Assembly (NCBI GenBank): GCA_963677925.2 | Contig: CAXXYH010000004.1 | Coordinates: forward strand, 448,001 to 512,000 | Direction of reading: 5' to 3' | Length of the DNA stretch: 64,000 bases | Source: Spirochaetia bacterium | GTDB lineage: Bacteria > Spirochaetota > Spirochaetia > UBA9216 | In this document: positions 19,826 through 30,544 of the stretch, in pieces | Layout: each line of letters begins with the position of its first letter | How positions within the stretch are numbered: position 1 is the stretch's first letter | Program-made: the position numbers and the translations under genes | The notes under the pieces: generated by a model | What the model saw: the letters and a program-made list of their open reading frames with translations, nothing else | The model's database searches: none | What the model was told of the DNA's origin: nothing

Positions 19826-21589
19826 TTACTCCACTGGAAGGTCTATAAAAAATGTAGTGCCATGACCCTTTTCTGTTTCAAACCAGATTTGTCCACGGTG
19901 ATCGAAGATAATACGTTCAACAATAGGCAGACCAAGCCCGGATCCTTCTCTTTTGGTTGTGAAGTAAGGATTAAAAACCTGTGAATAATCCTCAACATCA
20001 ATGCCGGAGCCTGAATCCTGAACCCTGATTCTACAGTAACTTGAATCACCCTTTCTGACAAGGTCGGTTTGGACATTAATTCGGCCTTCATTCCCCTCAA
20101 TTGCCTCACAGGCATTTTTAATCAGGTTGAGAAAAACACTTTTTAGAAGATCCGCATCAGCCGGAAGGTTTATGGAATCATCAATTCCCTCAATATTGAA
20201 AATTATGCCCGGGTAGGAGCTTTTATACAATTCTGCGGATTCCTTTATAACAGCCGCTATCTGAATAGTCTGGAACACAGGAGCGGGAAGCCTTGAAAAA
20301 TCTCTGAACTCCTTCAAAAGATTATCAAGGTAGTTAACCTCTGTGATTATTGCGACTATGGAAGGTTCAATTACATTGATCAGGTTATCCGGATCAGTAT
20401 GATATTTTTTAAGAATCCGTTCGGCACTCAGTTTTATCGGAGTAAGCGGATTTCTCAGTTCATGTGCAAGCTGTCTGGCGATATCCTGCCAGGCTGTGAT
20501 TTTTTCAGTCTGAAGAATTTTCTTTCTTGAGTTTTCAAGCTCTCCGATCATCATATTAAATGAACGGATTAGATTTGATAGCTCGTCGCCGCTTCTTGTA
20601 AGAATACGGAAGGAGTAATCTCCCTCTGTGACTTTTCGTGTTGCGCCTTCAAGGCTGACTATAGGACGGATAACTTCTTCACTCAGCAGAAATGAAATCA
20701 GAAGGGAAATCAGTATAAGCGGGATTGTAAAAAAGATATAAAAAATCATCAGCAGCAGTGAGAAGTCCTGCTGATTTTTCTGGTAATTTAGAAACACCTC
20801 GCGTGCGTCTGTTAGAGCCCTGGCTGTTTCATCCAGGCTTTCTGGCAGGGCAATACTGATGATCACGGCAAACTGCCTGCCGGCACTGATAAACTGCTGC
20901 TGGTAGCGTATAAGGCTCAGGTTTTCAAGATCTTCACGGGGCAGCATACCGCTGAAACCGGCAGGTCTTGTTTCAGCGTCTATCAGTGCTGCTTCGAGTC
21001 CTCCGCTGAAAACTTCATCACCATTCTCATCAAAAATCTGTACCGCATCTATACCCGGATTAGCATTGTTAATATTATACCAGGTACGTTTCGGTGAACG
21101 AACGAAATCCGAAAGCATATCATTGAGGATTGGACTCTCCGCAAAATTCTCAAGATTTTCAAGCTGATCATTATAGTATGTAAGAGCAAGGTTAAGGCCG
21201 CCGCTTATGGCTTTCCCTATTTCCGGTGAAAACCAGGTGTTAATAGATGTGTTTACAAATTTCATCGATACGATACTCTGCGGAATTGAAGACATAAGTA
21301 CGATCAGCGAGAAAAACAGCATCAAATGGGTTTTAAGTTTTGAACCCGGAACGTTTTTCTTTCGGTCAAGAAGGAGCCTTCTGGTATTATAGATTACTGC
21401 AGCCAGCAGAAAACCGGGAAGGATTACGGCTGCAGGTATTATGATCAGGTTTGATACACCCCGGTCAGACGGCATATCAAGAAGGATCTGGCCAATGAGA
21501 ATGATTATAAGTACTATGAGTGTTAGATAAATGAGTACTACCGCGGCCAGGCCGGTGCCTGATGGGCTTCGTCTTTTTTCATTCAGCAT
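19826..21589 (-). CDS. ntrY: Sensor histidine kinase (NtrY-like)
   Basis: TM segments, HAMP, AWQDIARQLAHELRNPLTPI H-box, NLIKNA, GSGLGL. Confidence 0.88.
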   Translation of the reverse strand: MLNEKRRSPSGTGLAAVVLIYLTLIVLIIILIGQILLDMPSDRGVSNLIIIPAAVILPGFLLAAVIYNTRRLLLDRKKNVPGSKLKTHLMLFFSLIVLMSSIPQSIVSMKFVNTSINTWFSPEIGKAISGGLNLALTYYNDQLENLENFAESPILNDMLSDFVRSPKRTWYNINNANPGIDAVQIFDENGDEVFSGGLEAALIDAETRPAGFSGMLPREDLENLSLIRYQQQFISAGRQFAVIISIALPESLDETARALTDAREVFLNYQKNQQDFSLLLMIFYIFFTIPLILISLLISFLLSEEVIRPIVSLEGATRKVTEGDYSFRILTRSGDELSNLIRSFNMMIGELENSRKKILQTEKITAWQDIARQLAHELRNPLTPIKLSAERILKKYHTDPDNLINVIEPSIVAIITEVNYLDNLLKEFRDFSRLPAPVFQTIQIAAVIKESAELYKSSYPGIIFNIEGIDDSINLPADADLLKSVFLNLIKNACEAIEGNEGRINVQTDLVRKGDSSYCRIRVQDSGSGIDVEDYSQVFNPYFTTKREGSGLGLPIVERIIFDHRGQIWFETEKGHGTTFFIDLPVE

Positions 21590-22109
21590 TTACGGAAACC
21601 CAGTCGGTTCGTGATTTTTCTGAAAACAGAAAGGGATCAAGCATTGCGAGCGGCGAGGGCCGTTTAAGAACATCAACAGCAGCCATGCATTCCACCTTAA
21701 TCTGGTTTTCATCACCGCATGATAAGGGGAGAGCAACTCTGCATGAGAAAAATTTCTGTATAAATTCAGACGTTGTACTGCAGAAACTGATATCTCCGTC
21801 TCTATTAATCATATAATTACCTGAAAGCGGATCGAGCCGTCCATGGACGGTGGTTCTTATTTGTTCAGACTTATTGAAAAGAGACGAGAGAAAACTCATG
21901 TTTTCCTGATGATACCGAACTGAATAAATAATTTCTGCTCTGAAACCTTCGTTAATATTTTTTAAAATCACTTTTTCTTCTGTTGTCTGCAGGCTGATAT
22001 CGACGTAACAGCCTGTATTCATTTTAATTAAACTGCTGTTTATACTATCACAGTAAATAAAACCTGCGGATAATATAAATAATACGGCAGGAAGGAGTTT
22101 TCGGTGCGT
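21579..22109 (-). CDS. DUF4390-like periplasmic protein, possibly ACG start at 22109 (first ATG at 22022)
   Basis: Lies directly upstream of ntrY. The open frame upstream of ATG 22022 encodes a signal peptide (HRKLLPAVLFILSAGFIYC) behind a GAGGAGG RBS. Confidence 0.6.
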   Translation of the reverse strand, partial: THRKLLPAVLFILSAGFIYCDSINSSLIKMNTGCYVDISLQTTEEKVILKNINEGFRAEIIYSVRYHQENMSFLSSLFNKSEQIRTTVHGRLDPLSGNYMINRDGDISFCSTTSEFIQKFFSCRVALPLSCGDENQIKVECMAAVDVLKRPSPLAMLDPFLFSEKSRTDWVSVNAE

Positions 22110-22111
22110 TC

Positions 22112-22378
22112 TTACTCCTCCTCAAACCTGTTTTCAAAAAGTTTTACTATGGCGTCAAGCGCTTCCTGCTCATCAGAGCCTTCCGTTATAACCTTGATGA
22201 CCGAATTATATCCGGCTCCCAGTGTGATAATTCCCATAATAGATTTGGCATTTATATTGTTATTTTCCTTCTCGAGAAATATCTGACTGTCAAATTCATT
22301 TGCTTTCTGTACTATCAGAGCAGCCGGTCTGGCATGAATTCCCGCCCTGTTTTTGATTGTGACTTCCTGTGTAAGCAT
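22112..22378 (-). CDS. ptsH: Phosphocarrier protein HPr
   Basis: GIHARPA (His15), NAKSIMGI (Ser46). Confidence 0.95.
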   Translation of the reverse strand: MLTQEVTIKNRAGIHARPAALIVQKANEFDSQIFLEKENNNINAKSIMGIITLGAGYNSVIKVITEGSDEQEALDAIVKLFENRFEEE

Positions 22379-22398
22379 TCTTAACCTCTGTGTTTATT

Positions 22399-23388
22399 TT
22401 AAAGAAGATCGTTCCTGTCGTAGTATGCTGCTCTTGCGTTCTGGCCTTCAAGTCTTTTAAGAACATTCTGGTTGAACTCTTTTGCTGAATAATAGCCCAG
22501 TTTTTTAAGCCTTTCATTCATGGCAGCAGTTTCTATAATAATAGGTATATTTCTACCCGGTCTGACCGGAACCGTAATAACCGGAATCCCTACCCCAAGG
22601 TATTCGATTTCGGTTGTATTTGCACCTAAACGGTCATAAACTTTATTTGAATCCCATTCTTCAAGTTCAACTACAAGCTGTACCTGTTTGCTGTCTCTTA
22701 TAGCACCGACTCCGAAAAGATGGCTGATATTTAAAATACCGAGCCCTCTGATTTCCATGTGATGACCGGCGATATCGTTTACACCTTTGCCGAGGATAAA
22801 ATTGCCGTTTACGCAGCTCAGCTCTACGGCGTCATCGGCAATAAGCCGGTGTCCGCGCTCTATAAGCTCTAGCGCTATCTCACTTTTACCAATTCCGCTT
22901 TCACCCTTTATAAGTACTCCGATTCCGAAAACTTCAACAAGTGTTGCATGAATAACCTGCTTTTCTGCAAAAACAGACATCAGGATTCTGAGCAGCCGCC
23001 TGGTAAAATCTGAAGATGTCAGATCTGTAATCAGAATTGGAATTCCAGCCTCATCAGCTATATCAAGAAAGGCTTTTTCAGGTGAAAGGCTGTGAGTAAA
23101 GATGCAGCAGGGAATCTTGTAGTTGAAGAACTTCCTGATGTTTTCAAGATCCCCTTCACTGACCATCTTTCTGACATAGGCCGTTTCACCGTTACCGAAT
23201 ATCTGTATTCTGTTGTATTGAAAACCGTCGAAAAATCCTGAAAGGGTCAGTCCCGGACGGTTGATGTCCTGCTCTCTGATGGGAGAGGCCAGACCGGGAC
23301 GGCCGCAAAGGCATTTCAGGTCGAGATCGCTGTGTTCTTTGAGATCCAGATCCAGAAGATCCAGAACGGTGAAAACGTTTGACGGCAT
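22399..23388 (-). CDS. hprK: HPr kinase/phosphorylase
   Basis: GESGIGKSE, LIADD, MEIRGLGI, PVRPGRN. Confidence 0.96.
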   Translation of the reverse strand: MPSNVFTVLDLLDLDLKEHSDLDLKCLCGRPGLASPIREQDINRPGLTLSGFFDGFQYNRIQIFGNGETAYVRKMVSEGDLENIRKFFNYKIPCCIFTHSLSPEKAFLDIADEAGIPILITDLTSSDFTRRLLRILMSVFAEKQVIHATLVEVFGIGVLIKGESGIGKSEIALELIERGHRLIADDAVELSCVNGNFILGKGVNDIAGHHMEIRGLGILNISHLFGVGAIRDSKQVQLVVELEEWDSNKVYDRLGANTTEIEYLGVGIPVITVPVRPGRNIPIIIETAAMNERLKKLGYYSAKEFNQNVLKRLEGQNARAAYYDRNDLL

Positions 23389-23391
23389 ATT

Positions 23392-23682
23392 TTAATGATC
23401 CTGTACTCTTTCCTTTTCTTTCGAAACTTTATTATCAAGCTTATTAAAAAGATTGTCTATACCCTTAAAAAGTTCGAAGGTGTTAACCTTCATATGCACC
23501 GAAGTGCCCCATTTAAAATTGACAGTGGCTTCAATATCATACCCATTCTTATCATGGGTCAGAGTGAGCAGAAGATCTATAATGTTTTCTTCAGCATATT
23601 CAAGTCTTTTTAATTTCTTTTCGATGTGCTCCCTTGTGTTATCACTGATATCGTAATGTACACCCTTAATATCTACGTTCAT
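23392..23682 (-). CDS. raiA: Ribosome hibernation factor HPF/RaiA
   Basis: 96 aa; HIEKKLKRL...ELFKGID; position after rpoN. Confidence 0.85.
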   Translation of the reverse strand: MNVDIKGVHYDISDNTREHIEKKLKRLEYAEENIIDLLLTLTHDKNGYDIEATVNFKWGTSVHMKVNTFELFKGIDNLFNKLDNKVSKEKERVQDH

Positions 23683-23740
23683 AGAAGCCTCCTAAAAAAT
23701 ATTAAAACGGAATTGATTTAAAAAAATTTCAAAACCGCTG

Positions 23741-25120
23741 TTACCTTGTGTATGATGAATCGATCTTCAATTCATTTCTGTATTTTGCTACCGTCCTCCT
23801 TGCTATATTGATTCCCTTCTTCTGAAGCATATCTGAAATCTTCTGATCCGAGAGTTTTTTATCTCCTGTGTAGTTATCAATTATTTCCTTGATTATTTCT
23901 TTTACACCGCCCTTCGAGAACTGTGAGCCCTGTGAGCCGGAGCCTGAAATAGAATTGGAAAAAAAGTATTTCAATGGAAAGATTCCCCATTCTGTCTGAA
24001 TGTATTTAGCATTTGAAATCCTGGAGACGGTAGTTTCGTGAACGGAAACGGTTTCTGCAATATCCCTGAGTGTAAGCGGTGCCAGAAATTTCGGACCTTT
24101 AAGAAAGAAGTTCCGCTGGAAATCAATAATTGCATTAGCAATCTTTACAAGGGTCCGGCTTCGCTGGTTAACACTGCGGATAAACCATTGAGCCTCTGAT
24201 ATATTGGAATTTACAAACTGCTTAACATCCTTGTCGCTTTCATTTTTTTCCTTCATCATCTTTTTGAAAAATGAATTCACGCCGAGGACAGGAATTTCTT
24301 CATCATTGAGTACAATTACAAATTCTCCCTCAACCTGTTTTACCAGCAGGTCGGGGATAACATAACGGACTGTTGTTGTTGAATATGCCCTTCCGGGAAA
24401 GGGGTTAAAGCGTTTAAGAAAGGTTAACAGTTCATTGACCTCATCTTCACTTATGCCCATTGATTTGCTTATTTCTTTGATTTTTCCCTTTTCAAGCAGT
24501 TCAAGATGTTCAGAGATAAGGGGTTTCAGTTCTTCAGGTGCTTCAGGATCCAGATCTATCTGAACCAGGAGAGATTCCCTGTACCCTGATGTACATGTTC
24601 CGGGAGGATCAAAGCTTCTTATTATTTCAAGTACATGTTCAAGACTGCGGTGCTCATCTGCTGATACAAGCTTGAGGGGATCTTCAACATTAAATCCATT
24701 TTCATCAAGGTTCTGTATTAGAAGCTCGCCTATTTCACGTTCTCTTTCAGACAGTCTCTGTACTCTGAGCTGCCACAGCAGATTATCTGACAGTGATTCA
24801 GGTCTGGTCAGAGTTCCTTCAATAAACTTCTGCTTTGCGTCGGAGGCTTCATTATCCAGATTGCCGGATCTGGTTGAAAATCCGGGATCTGAGGAGTTTT
24901 CAAAATATTCATAAGTTTCAGCGTTCCGGCTTTCGGTATCTTCGAGAGAGACGGTCTGTTTTTCTGAGATAACTTCAAGAGCAGGGTTTTTTTCAAGTTC
25001 TTCCTGAATGCGGGCATTCAGTTCCTGTATCGGCATGGCCATCAGCTGTATCGACTGGTACATCTGAGGGCTTAATTTTAAGCGCTGTTCCTGAATTATT
25101 ACAGGTTTCTGATATTGCAA
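23741..25120 (-). CDS. rpoN: RNA polymerase sigma-54 factor
   Basis: Gln-rich region I, HETTVSR, RpoN box ARRTVAKYR; TTG start after GGAGG. Confidence 0.97.
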   Translation of the reverse strand: MQYQKPVIIQEQRLKLSPQMYQSIQLMAMPIQELNARIQEELEKNPALEVISEKQTVSLEDTESRNAETYEYFENSSDPGFSTRSGNLDNEASDAKQKFIEGTLTRPESLSDNLLWQLRVQRLSEREREIGELLIQNLDENGFNVEDPLKLVSADEHRSLEHVLEIIRSFDPPGTCTSGYRESLLVQIDLDPEAPEELKPLISEHLELLEKGKIKEISKSMGISEDEVNELLTFLKRFNPFPGRAYSTTTVRYVIPDLLVKQVEGEFVIVLNDEEIPVLGVNSFFKKMMKEKNESDKDVKQFVNSNISEAQWFIRSVNQRSRTLVKIANAIIDFQRNFFLKGPKFLAPLTLRDIAETVSVHETTVSRISNAKYIQTEWGIFPLKYFFSNSISGSGSQGSQFSKGGVKEIIKEIIDNYTGDKKLSDQKISDMLQKKGINIARRTVAKYRNELKIDSSYTR

Positions 25121-25221
25121 CCTGACCTCCGGTGTTTTAAAAGCAAAAGTAAACCTAATATAAATATGGTTTAGCGGGACTGATTTGTCAAGAAACTAAT
25201 GAAGCAACCTAATGCAGTTTC

Positions 25222-25980
25222 CTACATCCTGAAATCTTCACCGAGATAGATTTTCCGGGCTGTTTCATCTGCAAGGAGCTTGTCTCTGGAGCCGGAAACC
25301 ATTATCTCACCAAGATTTATGATATATGCACGGTCTGTGATCTCAAGAGTATCACGGACATTATGATCTGTAATTAGGATGCCAATTCCCATTTCCGAGA
25401 GGTTTTCGATTATCCGCTTTATCTCATAAACTGCGATTGGGTCGATGCCGGCAAAGGGTTCATCAAGCAGCAGAAAACGTGGCTCAATTGCAAGGGCTCT
25501 GGCAATTTCTGTACGTCGTCGTTCGCCTCCGGAGAGTGTAAAGGCTTTCTGCTTCCGTATATGAGTAATTCCCAGCTGTTCAATCAGGTAATCAAGGTGT
25601 TCTTTTTTCTGTACCTTTGAAAGGTCTTTCCTGGTCTCAAGTATGGCCCAGATATTCTGTTCAACAGAGAGTTTCCTGAAAACAGAAGCCTCCTGCGGAA
25701 GATATGAAATGCCGGCTCTGGCCCTCTTATACATCGGAGCGTGGGTGATGTCATGCTGATCAAGCTGAATCTTTCCGGCTGTAGCCCGTATAAAACCTAC
25801 TATCATATAAAACACAGTGGTTTTTCCGGCACCGTTGGGTCCGAGAAGTCCGACTATCTCTCCGTCTTTCATTGAAAAACTTACATCGAGTACCGCAGTC
25901 TTTTTTCCAAAGGTCTTTTTAAGGCCTTCGACTTCAAGAGTAGATTTATTCTTTTTCAGAGGTGATTGATCCGCTGACAT
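25222..25980 (-). CDS. lptB: LPS export ABC ATPase
   Basis: [42 protein letters not shown]. Confidence 0.95.
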   Translation of the reverse strand: MSADQSPLKKNKSTLEVEGLKKTFGKKTAVLDVSFSMKDGEIVGLLGPNGAGKTTVFYMIVGFIRATAGKIQLDQHDITHAPMYKRARAGISYLPQEASVFRKLSVEQNIWAILETRKDLSKVQKKEHLDYLIEQLGITHIRKQKAFTLSGGERRRTEIARALAIEPRFLLLDEPFAGIDPIAVYEIKRIIENLSEMGIGILITDHNVRDTLEITDRAYIINLGEIMVSGSRDKLLADETARKIYLGEDFRM

Positions 25981-26620
25981 TTCCTTCCAGTTTTATTTCA
26001 TCGGTATCGAGATCAATTACAATCCTTGTTGCAATGTAGGTATCTCCCTTCCAGTATACACGCGGATTTCCGGTAAGTTCAAGGATGTTGGCATCCCTGT
26101 CGTAACCGGCATATTCAGAACGGCAGGTCATTTCCTGATTATCTGCTATTTTCAGTATCCGGACTCCAATCTGCAGGGTTGTGAATTTCTCTTTGCTTTT
26201 TTCTTCTATATAACCGCTTTTGGCAATAAGTTCGTTTTTCCGGTCTTCCATTTCGGAATATCCGCGAACAACAATAACCTCAGTCGTTCTGTTGAATTTG
26301 AGGCTGCTGCAGGTGAGGGTTGTGTCATTTTCCATATCAATTACAACGACATTTCCTGAACATTCAGCAATTTCAAAGTCCTGACCATAAATCTCAATCA
26401 GATCGGCATGAATTTCCTTGCTGTTTGTAATTATTACAGCATTACCGGTCAATGTTGTATGTTCTCTGCCGCTTGCAAGAACAGCTTCAGTATTGTCAGC
26501 CGAGAATGAAAACGTGTCCTTTTCAGTTTCTGCCTCTGTTTCATCTGCGGGATTGTCTTCAGCAAAAGCCGGAGAGAGTATTAAAAATACGGTTAGAAGG
26601 AGTACCCATCTTTTATTCAC
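25946..26620 (-). CDS. lptA: LptA/OstA family periplasmic protein
   Basis: Signal peptide, beta-jellyroll repeats (LTGNA, CSGNV, LTGNP, LEGNV); lies between lptC and lptB. Confidence 0.8.
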   Translation of the reverse strand: MNKRWVLLLTVFLILSPAFAEDNPADETEAETEKDTFSFSADNTEAVLASGREHTTLTGNAVIITNSKEIHADLIEIYGQDFEIAECSGNVVVIDMENDTTLTCSSLKFNRTTEVIVVRGYSEMEDRKNELIAKSGYIEEKSKEKFTTLQIGVRILKIADNQEMTCRSEYAGYDRDANILELTGNPRVYWKGDTYIATRIVIDLDTDEIKLEGNVSGSITSEKE

Positions 26621-27170
26621 CGTTTACCCACCTTCCGGAGACACCGCTCTCGAATTTAATGGTTCTTGTATTGCTGTCGGCATAAAATCCGGCACCTTCA
26701 ATAGCGCTGCTGTCGTCTTTTACGATCTTTACACTCTCGTCGTTTTTTCCGGTTAGTACCGACTTTTCGTTGTCCCAGAAGAGATAATCTCCCTCAAGGG
26801 TTGCGCTTTCTTCTTTTGAGTAGAAATAGAGCCCTCCCCATATTTCGACATTTTCGGTTTCGGTGAACATCAGGGCGTTTTCGGCTTTTCCATCGGTAAT
26901 TATGTCGCCGTCTTTGTCGTATTCCTGAAAGTGTATGTTTTTGAAGTGGGTTTCCTTTTTCTTGCCGAATGACCAGGACTCGGATGCTTCTATTAAAAAG
27001 GCCGGTGCTGAATCTTTTACCATTACCTGTGTGAATTCTTTCAGGATCGTATCCGGAATATCCTCTTCAATCTCTTCAGCAATCATTGTTTCATCATAAT
27101 TGAAGCGGCATCCGGTAAAGACCAGGAGGCCGTAGAGTAGAAGGAGTGTTATACCTGTCTTTTTCACCAT
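26613..27170 (-). CDS. lptC: LPS export periplasmic protein LptC (lipobox-bearing)
   Basis: LVFTGC lipobox, LEGDYLFWD, IEGAGF; synteny with lptA/lptB. Confidence 0.8.
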   Translation of the reverse strand: MVKKTGITLLLLYGLLVFTGCRFNYDETMIAEEIEEDIPDTILKEFTQVMVKDSAPAFLIEASESWSFGKKKETHFKNIHFQEYDKDGDIITDGKAENALMFTETENVEIWGGLYFYSKEESATLEGDYLFWDNEKSVLTGKNDESVKIVKDDSSAIEGAGFYADSNTRTIKFESGVSGRWVNGE

Positions 27171-27262
27171 TTCTGATGATTATCGAAGAATTAGACAAAA
27201 AGATCAATGATATGGTATTTCTAAAAACTGCAGTTTTTGGAAGTTCGTAATAATTATTTAAG

Positions 27263-27291
27263 TTGACATTGCATTCTTTGATGACTAAACT
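27263..27291 (+). promoter_or_regulatory. sigma70-type promoter of cheRB
   Basis: TTGACA-N17-TAAACT. Confidence 0.65.
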
Positions 27292-27320
27292 TTAATTATC
27301 GCTTTATAACAGGTGTATGA

Positions 27321-28136
27321 ATGAACCGCTTTCTAAGTGAAAAAGATTTTAATGATTTTAAGACAATGATTTATGATGCCAGCGGCATCTACTTCTCTGA
27401 TTCGAATGCTACTATTCTTGAAAGCCGGCTGAAGGATCGTCTCAGGAAGATGAATCTGGAAACTCCCGGTGAGTATTATCAGTATATAAAGAAGAATGAG
27501 GGAGAACTTAAGGTACTTCTAGATTCAGTTACCACAAATCTTACCAGATTTTTCCGGAATACAGCACATTTTCAGACCTTTGAAAACTATGTAATTCCCG
27601 AACTGGTAGAACATAAAAAAAAATCAGGCTCGAATACAATAAAGCTCTGGAGTGCAGGCTGTTCTACAGGTGAGGAGCCTTATTCTCTCGCAATGGCCTT
27701 CCGGGAAAATCTTCCCCCCGGATTCAAAGCGGAAATAACAGCCTCAGATTTAAGCCTTCAGTCTCTGATGACTGCGAAAGAGGGTTTCTATTCTGATAAT
27801 AAAATGAATGGTGTTCCGGAGAAATACCTTAATAAGTATTTTGAACGTAAAGACGGCGGTTACAAGGTAATTGATGATATTCGAAACAATATTAAATTTG
27901 ATTACCATAACCTGAAATTTGACAGCGGACAGAATGATCTGGATCTCATCTTCTGTAGAAATGTTATTATTTATTTTGATGAAGCAGCCCAGCAGGCAGT
28001 TATTGATAAGTTTTGGAATTCAATGAACAGACATTCCTACCTTTTTATCGGACACTCCGAGTCTCTGTTCGGGATGAAAACAGAATTTGAATTTTTAAAA
28101 ACTGACTGGGCTTGTATTTACAGAAAGTTTAAATAG
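27321..28136 (+). CDS. cheR: Chemotaxis methyltransferase
   Basis: TTNLTRFFR, WSAGCSTGEEPYS, IFCRNVIIYF, IGHSES. Confidence 0.96.
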   Translation: MNRFLSEKDFNDFKTMIYDASGIYFSDSNATILESRLKDRLRKMNLETPGEYYQYIKKNEGELKVLLDSVTTNLTRFFRNTAHFQTFENYVIPELVEHKKKSGSNTIKLWSAGCSTGEEPYSLAMAFRENLPPGFKAEITASDLSLQSLMTAKEGFYSDNKMNGVPEKYLNKYFERKDGGYKVIDDIRNNIKFDYHNLKFDSGQNDLDLIFCRNVIIYFDEAAQQAVIDKFWNSMNRHSYLFIGHSESLFGMKTEFEFLKTDWACIYRKFK

Positions 28137-28150
28137 GAAGCATCAAAGAT

Positions 28151-29299
28151 ATGTTGAACTCTGATGATATATCCGTGCTGATCTGTGATGATTCAGCACT
28201 CATGCGTAATCTAATCAGCAGAATGATAGAAAATACTGAAGGCCTTACTGTTGCCGGAAAGGCTTTTAACGGCAAATTCGCCCTTGATAAGATTCCCAAG
28301 CTGAATCCTGATATTATTGTTCTTGATCTTGAAATGCCGGAAATGAACGGTATTGAATTCCTGAAAGAAAGAAAACGCCTGAATATTGAGATTCCTGTAG
28401 TGATTCTTTCTTCGGTTGCGAAGAAGGGAGCTGAGGTGACGATGCAGGCGCTTTCTCTGGGTGCTTCAGATTTTATAATGAAGCCGACAGATACAAATAA
28501 TCAGGATCTTCATCAGATTGCCGGTCATATTGTCGATACTCTTATTGCCTACGGATCCCGGTATAAAAAAACAAAGAAAACACCATCCGCAGGCAGTTCT
28601 GTATCCATAAGTACGGGCAGTCCCATGAGATCTTCAACTATCCAGCCTCTGCCAATTAGAACGACTTCTCCTTCAGCTGTAAAAGCCCCGGTTCCACCTG
28701 CTGCAAGGAAAGTGACAGATAAGATTGAGCTTGTTGTAATCGGTATTTCTACCGGCGGACCGAATGCTCTTCGTGAAGTTTTTAAAGAGATCGATCCGAA
28801 ACTTCCGGTTCCGATTCTTGTTGTTCAGCATATGCCTGCCGGTTTTACTGAAGAATTCGCACGCAGTCTTGATAAAATATGTCCGCTTACCGTAAAGGAA
28901 GCCGCGGAAGGAGATGTTATAAGTCCGGGCCGTGTCCTTATAGCTCCTGGATCTGCCCATCTCAAGGTGGACAGGAAGCGTCTGGCCTCTGTTGCTGTTC
29001 TTGAAGATTCTGAACCTGTAAACGGACACCGTCCTTCAGCTGATATTCTTTTTGCTTCGGCAGCGGAAGCATACGGAGGGAATGTTCTTGGTGTTATTAT
29101 GACCGGAATGGGAAAGGACGGTGCAAAAGAACTTGGCACCCTTTACAATAAGGGTGCTGTAACGATTGGTCAGGATGAAGAGTCTTCTATTGTCTACGGA
29201 ATGCCCAGAGTAGCTTTTGAATCTGGATTTGTTGACTATCAGCTGCCACTTGATAAGATTGCCGGGAAGATTTCTGAAATCGTAAACGAAAAACGTTAA
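28151..29299 (+). CDS. cheB: Chemotaxis response regulator methylesterase
   Basis: Receiver domain plus ISTGGP, VQHMP, HRPSAD, MTGMGKDG. Confidence 0.96.
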   Translation: MLNSDDISVLICDDSALMRNLISRMIENTEGLTVAGKAFNGKFALDKIPKLNPDIIVLDLEMPEMNGIEFLKERKRLNIEIPVVILSSVAKKGAEVTMQALSLGASDFIMKPTDTNNQDLHQIAGHIVDTLIAYGSRYKKTKKTPSAGSSVSISTGSPMRSSTIQPLPIRTTSPSAVKAPVPPAARKVTDKIELVVIGISTGGPNALREVFKEIDPKLPVPILVVQHMPAGFTEEFARSLDKICPLTVKEAAEGDVISPGRVLIAPGSAHLKVDRKRLASVAVLEDSEPVNGHRPSADILFASAAEAYGGNVLGVIMTGMGKDGAKELGTLYNKGAVTIGQDEESSIVYGMPRVAFESGFVDYQLPLDKIAGKISEIVNEKR

Positions 29300-29703
29300 T
29301 CAAGTTTGCCGGTGATTACCGGCATAGCCTTCTTTCCTGATAATTTTCCAGTAATAAAAGTTATCCCGAATCCTGCGGCTATTCCTATCAGACCGAAGAG
29401 CACCTTAATACCTTCTGCCGGATTGCTGAATATCTTCCCTGAAAGGAAGAAAAACAGGAAAAACAGAAGAAGCGGAAAGATCATTACCATAAAGGCTGAG
29501 CCTATTGTTTTACCGGTAGGCAGTTCAACTTCTACACGAGAGCCTGGTTCAAGTTCAAAATTATTGCTGTTATGAGCTTCAAATGTCTTTTGTCCAGCAG
29601 TGCATAAACCGCTTGCTGCACATGACTTACAGCCCTCGGTATCGCTGCATGCCAGCGTAATGATGTCATTTTTTATATTAATTACTGTCGCTTTCTCCAG
29701 CAT
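29296..29703 (-). CDS. rseC: SoxR-reducing system RseC family protein
   Basis: MLEKATV, CxxC-x4-C, two TM helices, MPVIT tail; ATG 29703 after GGAGG. Confidence 0.8.
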   Translation of the reverse strand: MLEKATVINIKNDIITLACSDTEGCKSCAASGLCTAGQKTFEAHNSNNFELEPGSRVEVELPTGKTIGSAFMVMIFPLLLFFLFFFLSGKIFSNPAEGIKVLFGLIGIAAGFGITFITGKLSGKKAMPVITGKLD

Positions 29704-30499
29704 CCGGGACCTCCGCACATTCTTTTCTGATGCTTTTAATCGAAACAGCTTTATGGCTGTCATCAAACTCAATAATTACACCCTGAAGTTCAGGTTTTTT
29801 CCATGCATCTCTCGATCTTTCCGGAACCTGAGTCAGAAACTTCTGAAGTTCAATTTCCTGATCGAGGCCTCCGACAGATTCAAGGCTTCCGGTTCTTCCC
29901 GTGTCGCATATTATCGCAGTTCCGCCGGGAAGGATCTGCTCGTCCGCACTAAGTGCCTTGGTATGCGTTCCTGTTATTGCAGATATTTTGCCGTCCATGT
30001 GATGAAACATGGTGTATTTTTCAGCAGTAGTAGCTGCATGAAAGTCCATAATGACAATGTCAGCATCCTCTTTAAGCCTTGCCGCCAGATCAGGAGCATA
30101 ACTGAAGGGGTTGCTCAGGTGAATCCGGTTGAAACCTGACTGTCCAAGCATTGAAATTACACCGATTCTGGTTTCGCCGGCGGTGTAAATTCTCCATCCG
30201 CGGCCGGGATTTCCCGGTGGATAGTTTGCCGGGCGAAGGATGTATGGGGCTTTTATGATATGCTCAACCATATCCTTTTTGTAATAACCCTTCTCTCCCA
30301 GTGTCTGGCAGTCGATTCCCAGTTTCCGCATATATACAGAGTGATTTTTTCCAAGTCCGAAACCGCCGGTAACACCTTCGGTATTTGCAATAACGAAATC
30401 TATTTTTTCATCTTCCCTGATAACGGGAAGCAGTTTTTTGATGCAGAAGACACCGGCTTTTCCGACGACTTCACCAATGCACAGAACGCGAGTACTCAT
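29678..30499 (-). CDS. ymdB: YmdB/TIGR00282 metallophosphoesterase
   Basis: LRPANYP, DFHAATTAEK, TGTHT, CDTGRTG; some metal ligands altered. Confidence 0.85.
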   Translation of the reverse strand: MSTRVLCIGEVVGKAGVFCIKKLLPVIREDEKIDFVIANTEGVTGGFGLGKNHSVYMRKLGIDCQTLGEKGYYKKDMVEHIIKAPYILRPANYPPGNPGRGWRIYTAGETRIGVISMLGQSGFNRIHLSNPFSYAPDLAARLKEDADIVIMDFHAATTAEKYTMFHHMDGKISAITGTHTKALSADEQILPGGTAIICDTGRTGSLESVGGLDQEIELQKFLTQVPERSRDAWKKPELQGVIIEFDDSHKAVSIKSIRKECAEVPDAGESDSN

Positions 30500-30544
30500 A
30501 CCTTTAAGATACAGAAAACCGGGATAAAAGGAAAGAGCGCGGAA

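Noticed and set aside
19310-19984. 224-aa + strand ORF and similar antisense ORFs across the core region
   Set aside because: They are antisense shadows of well-supported genes and have no motifs of their own.
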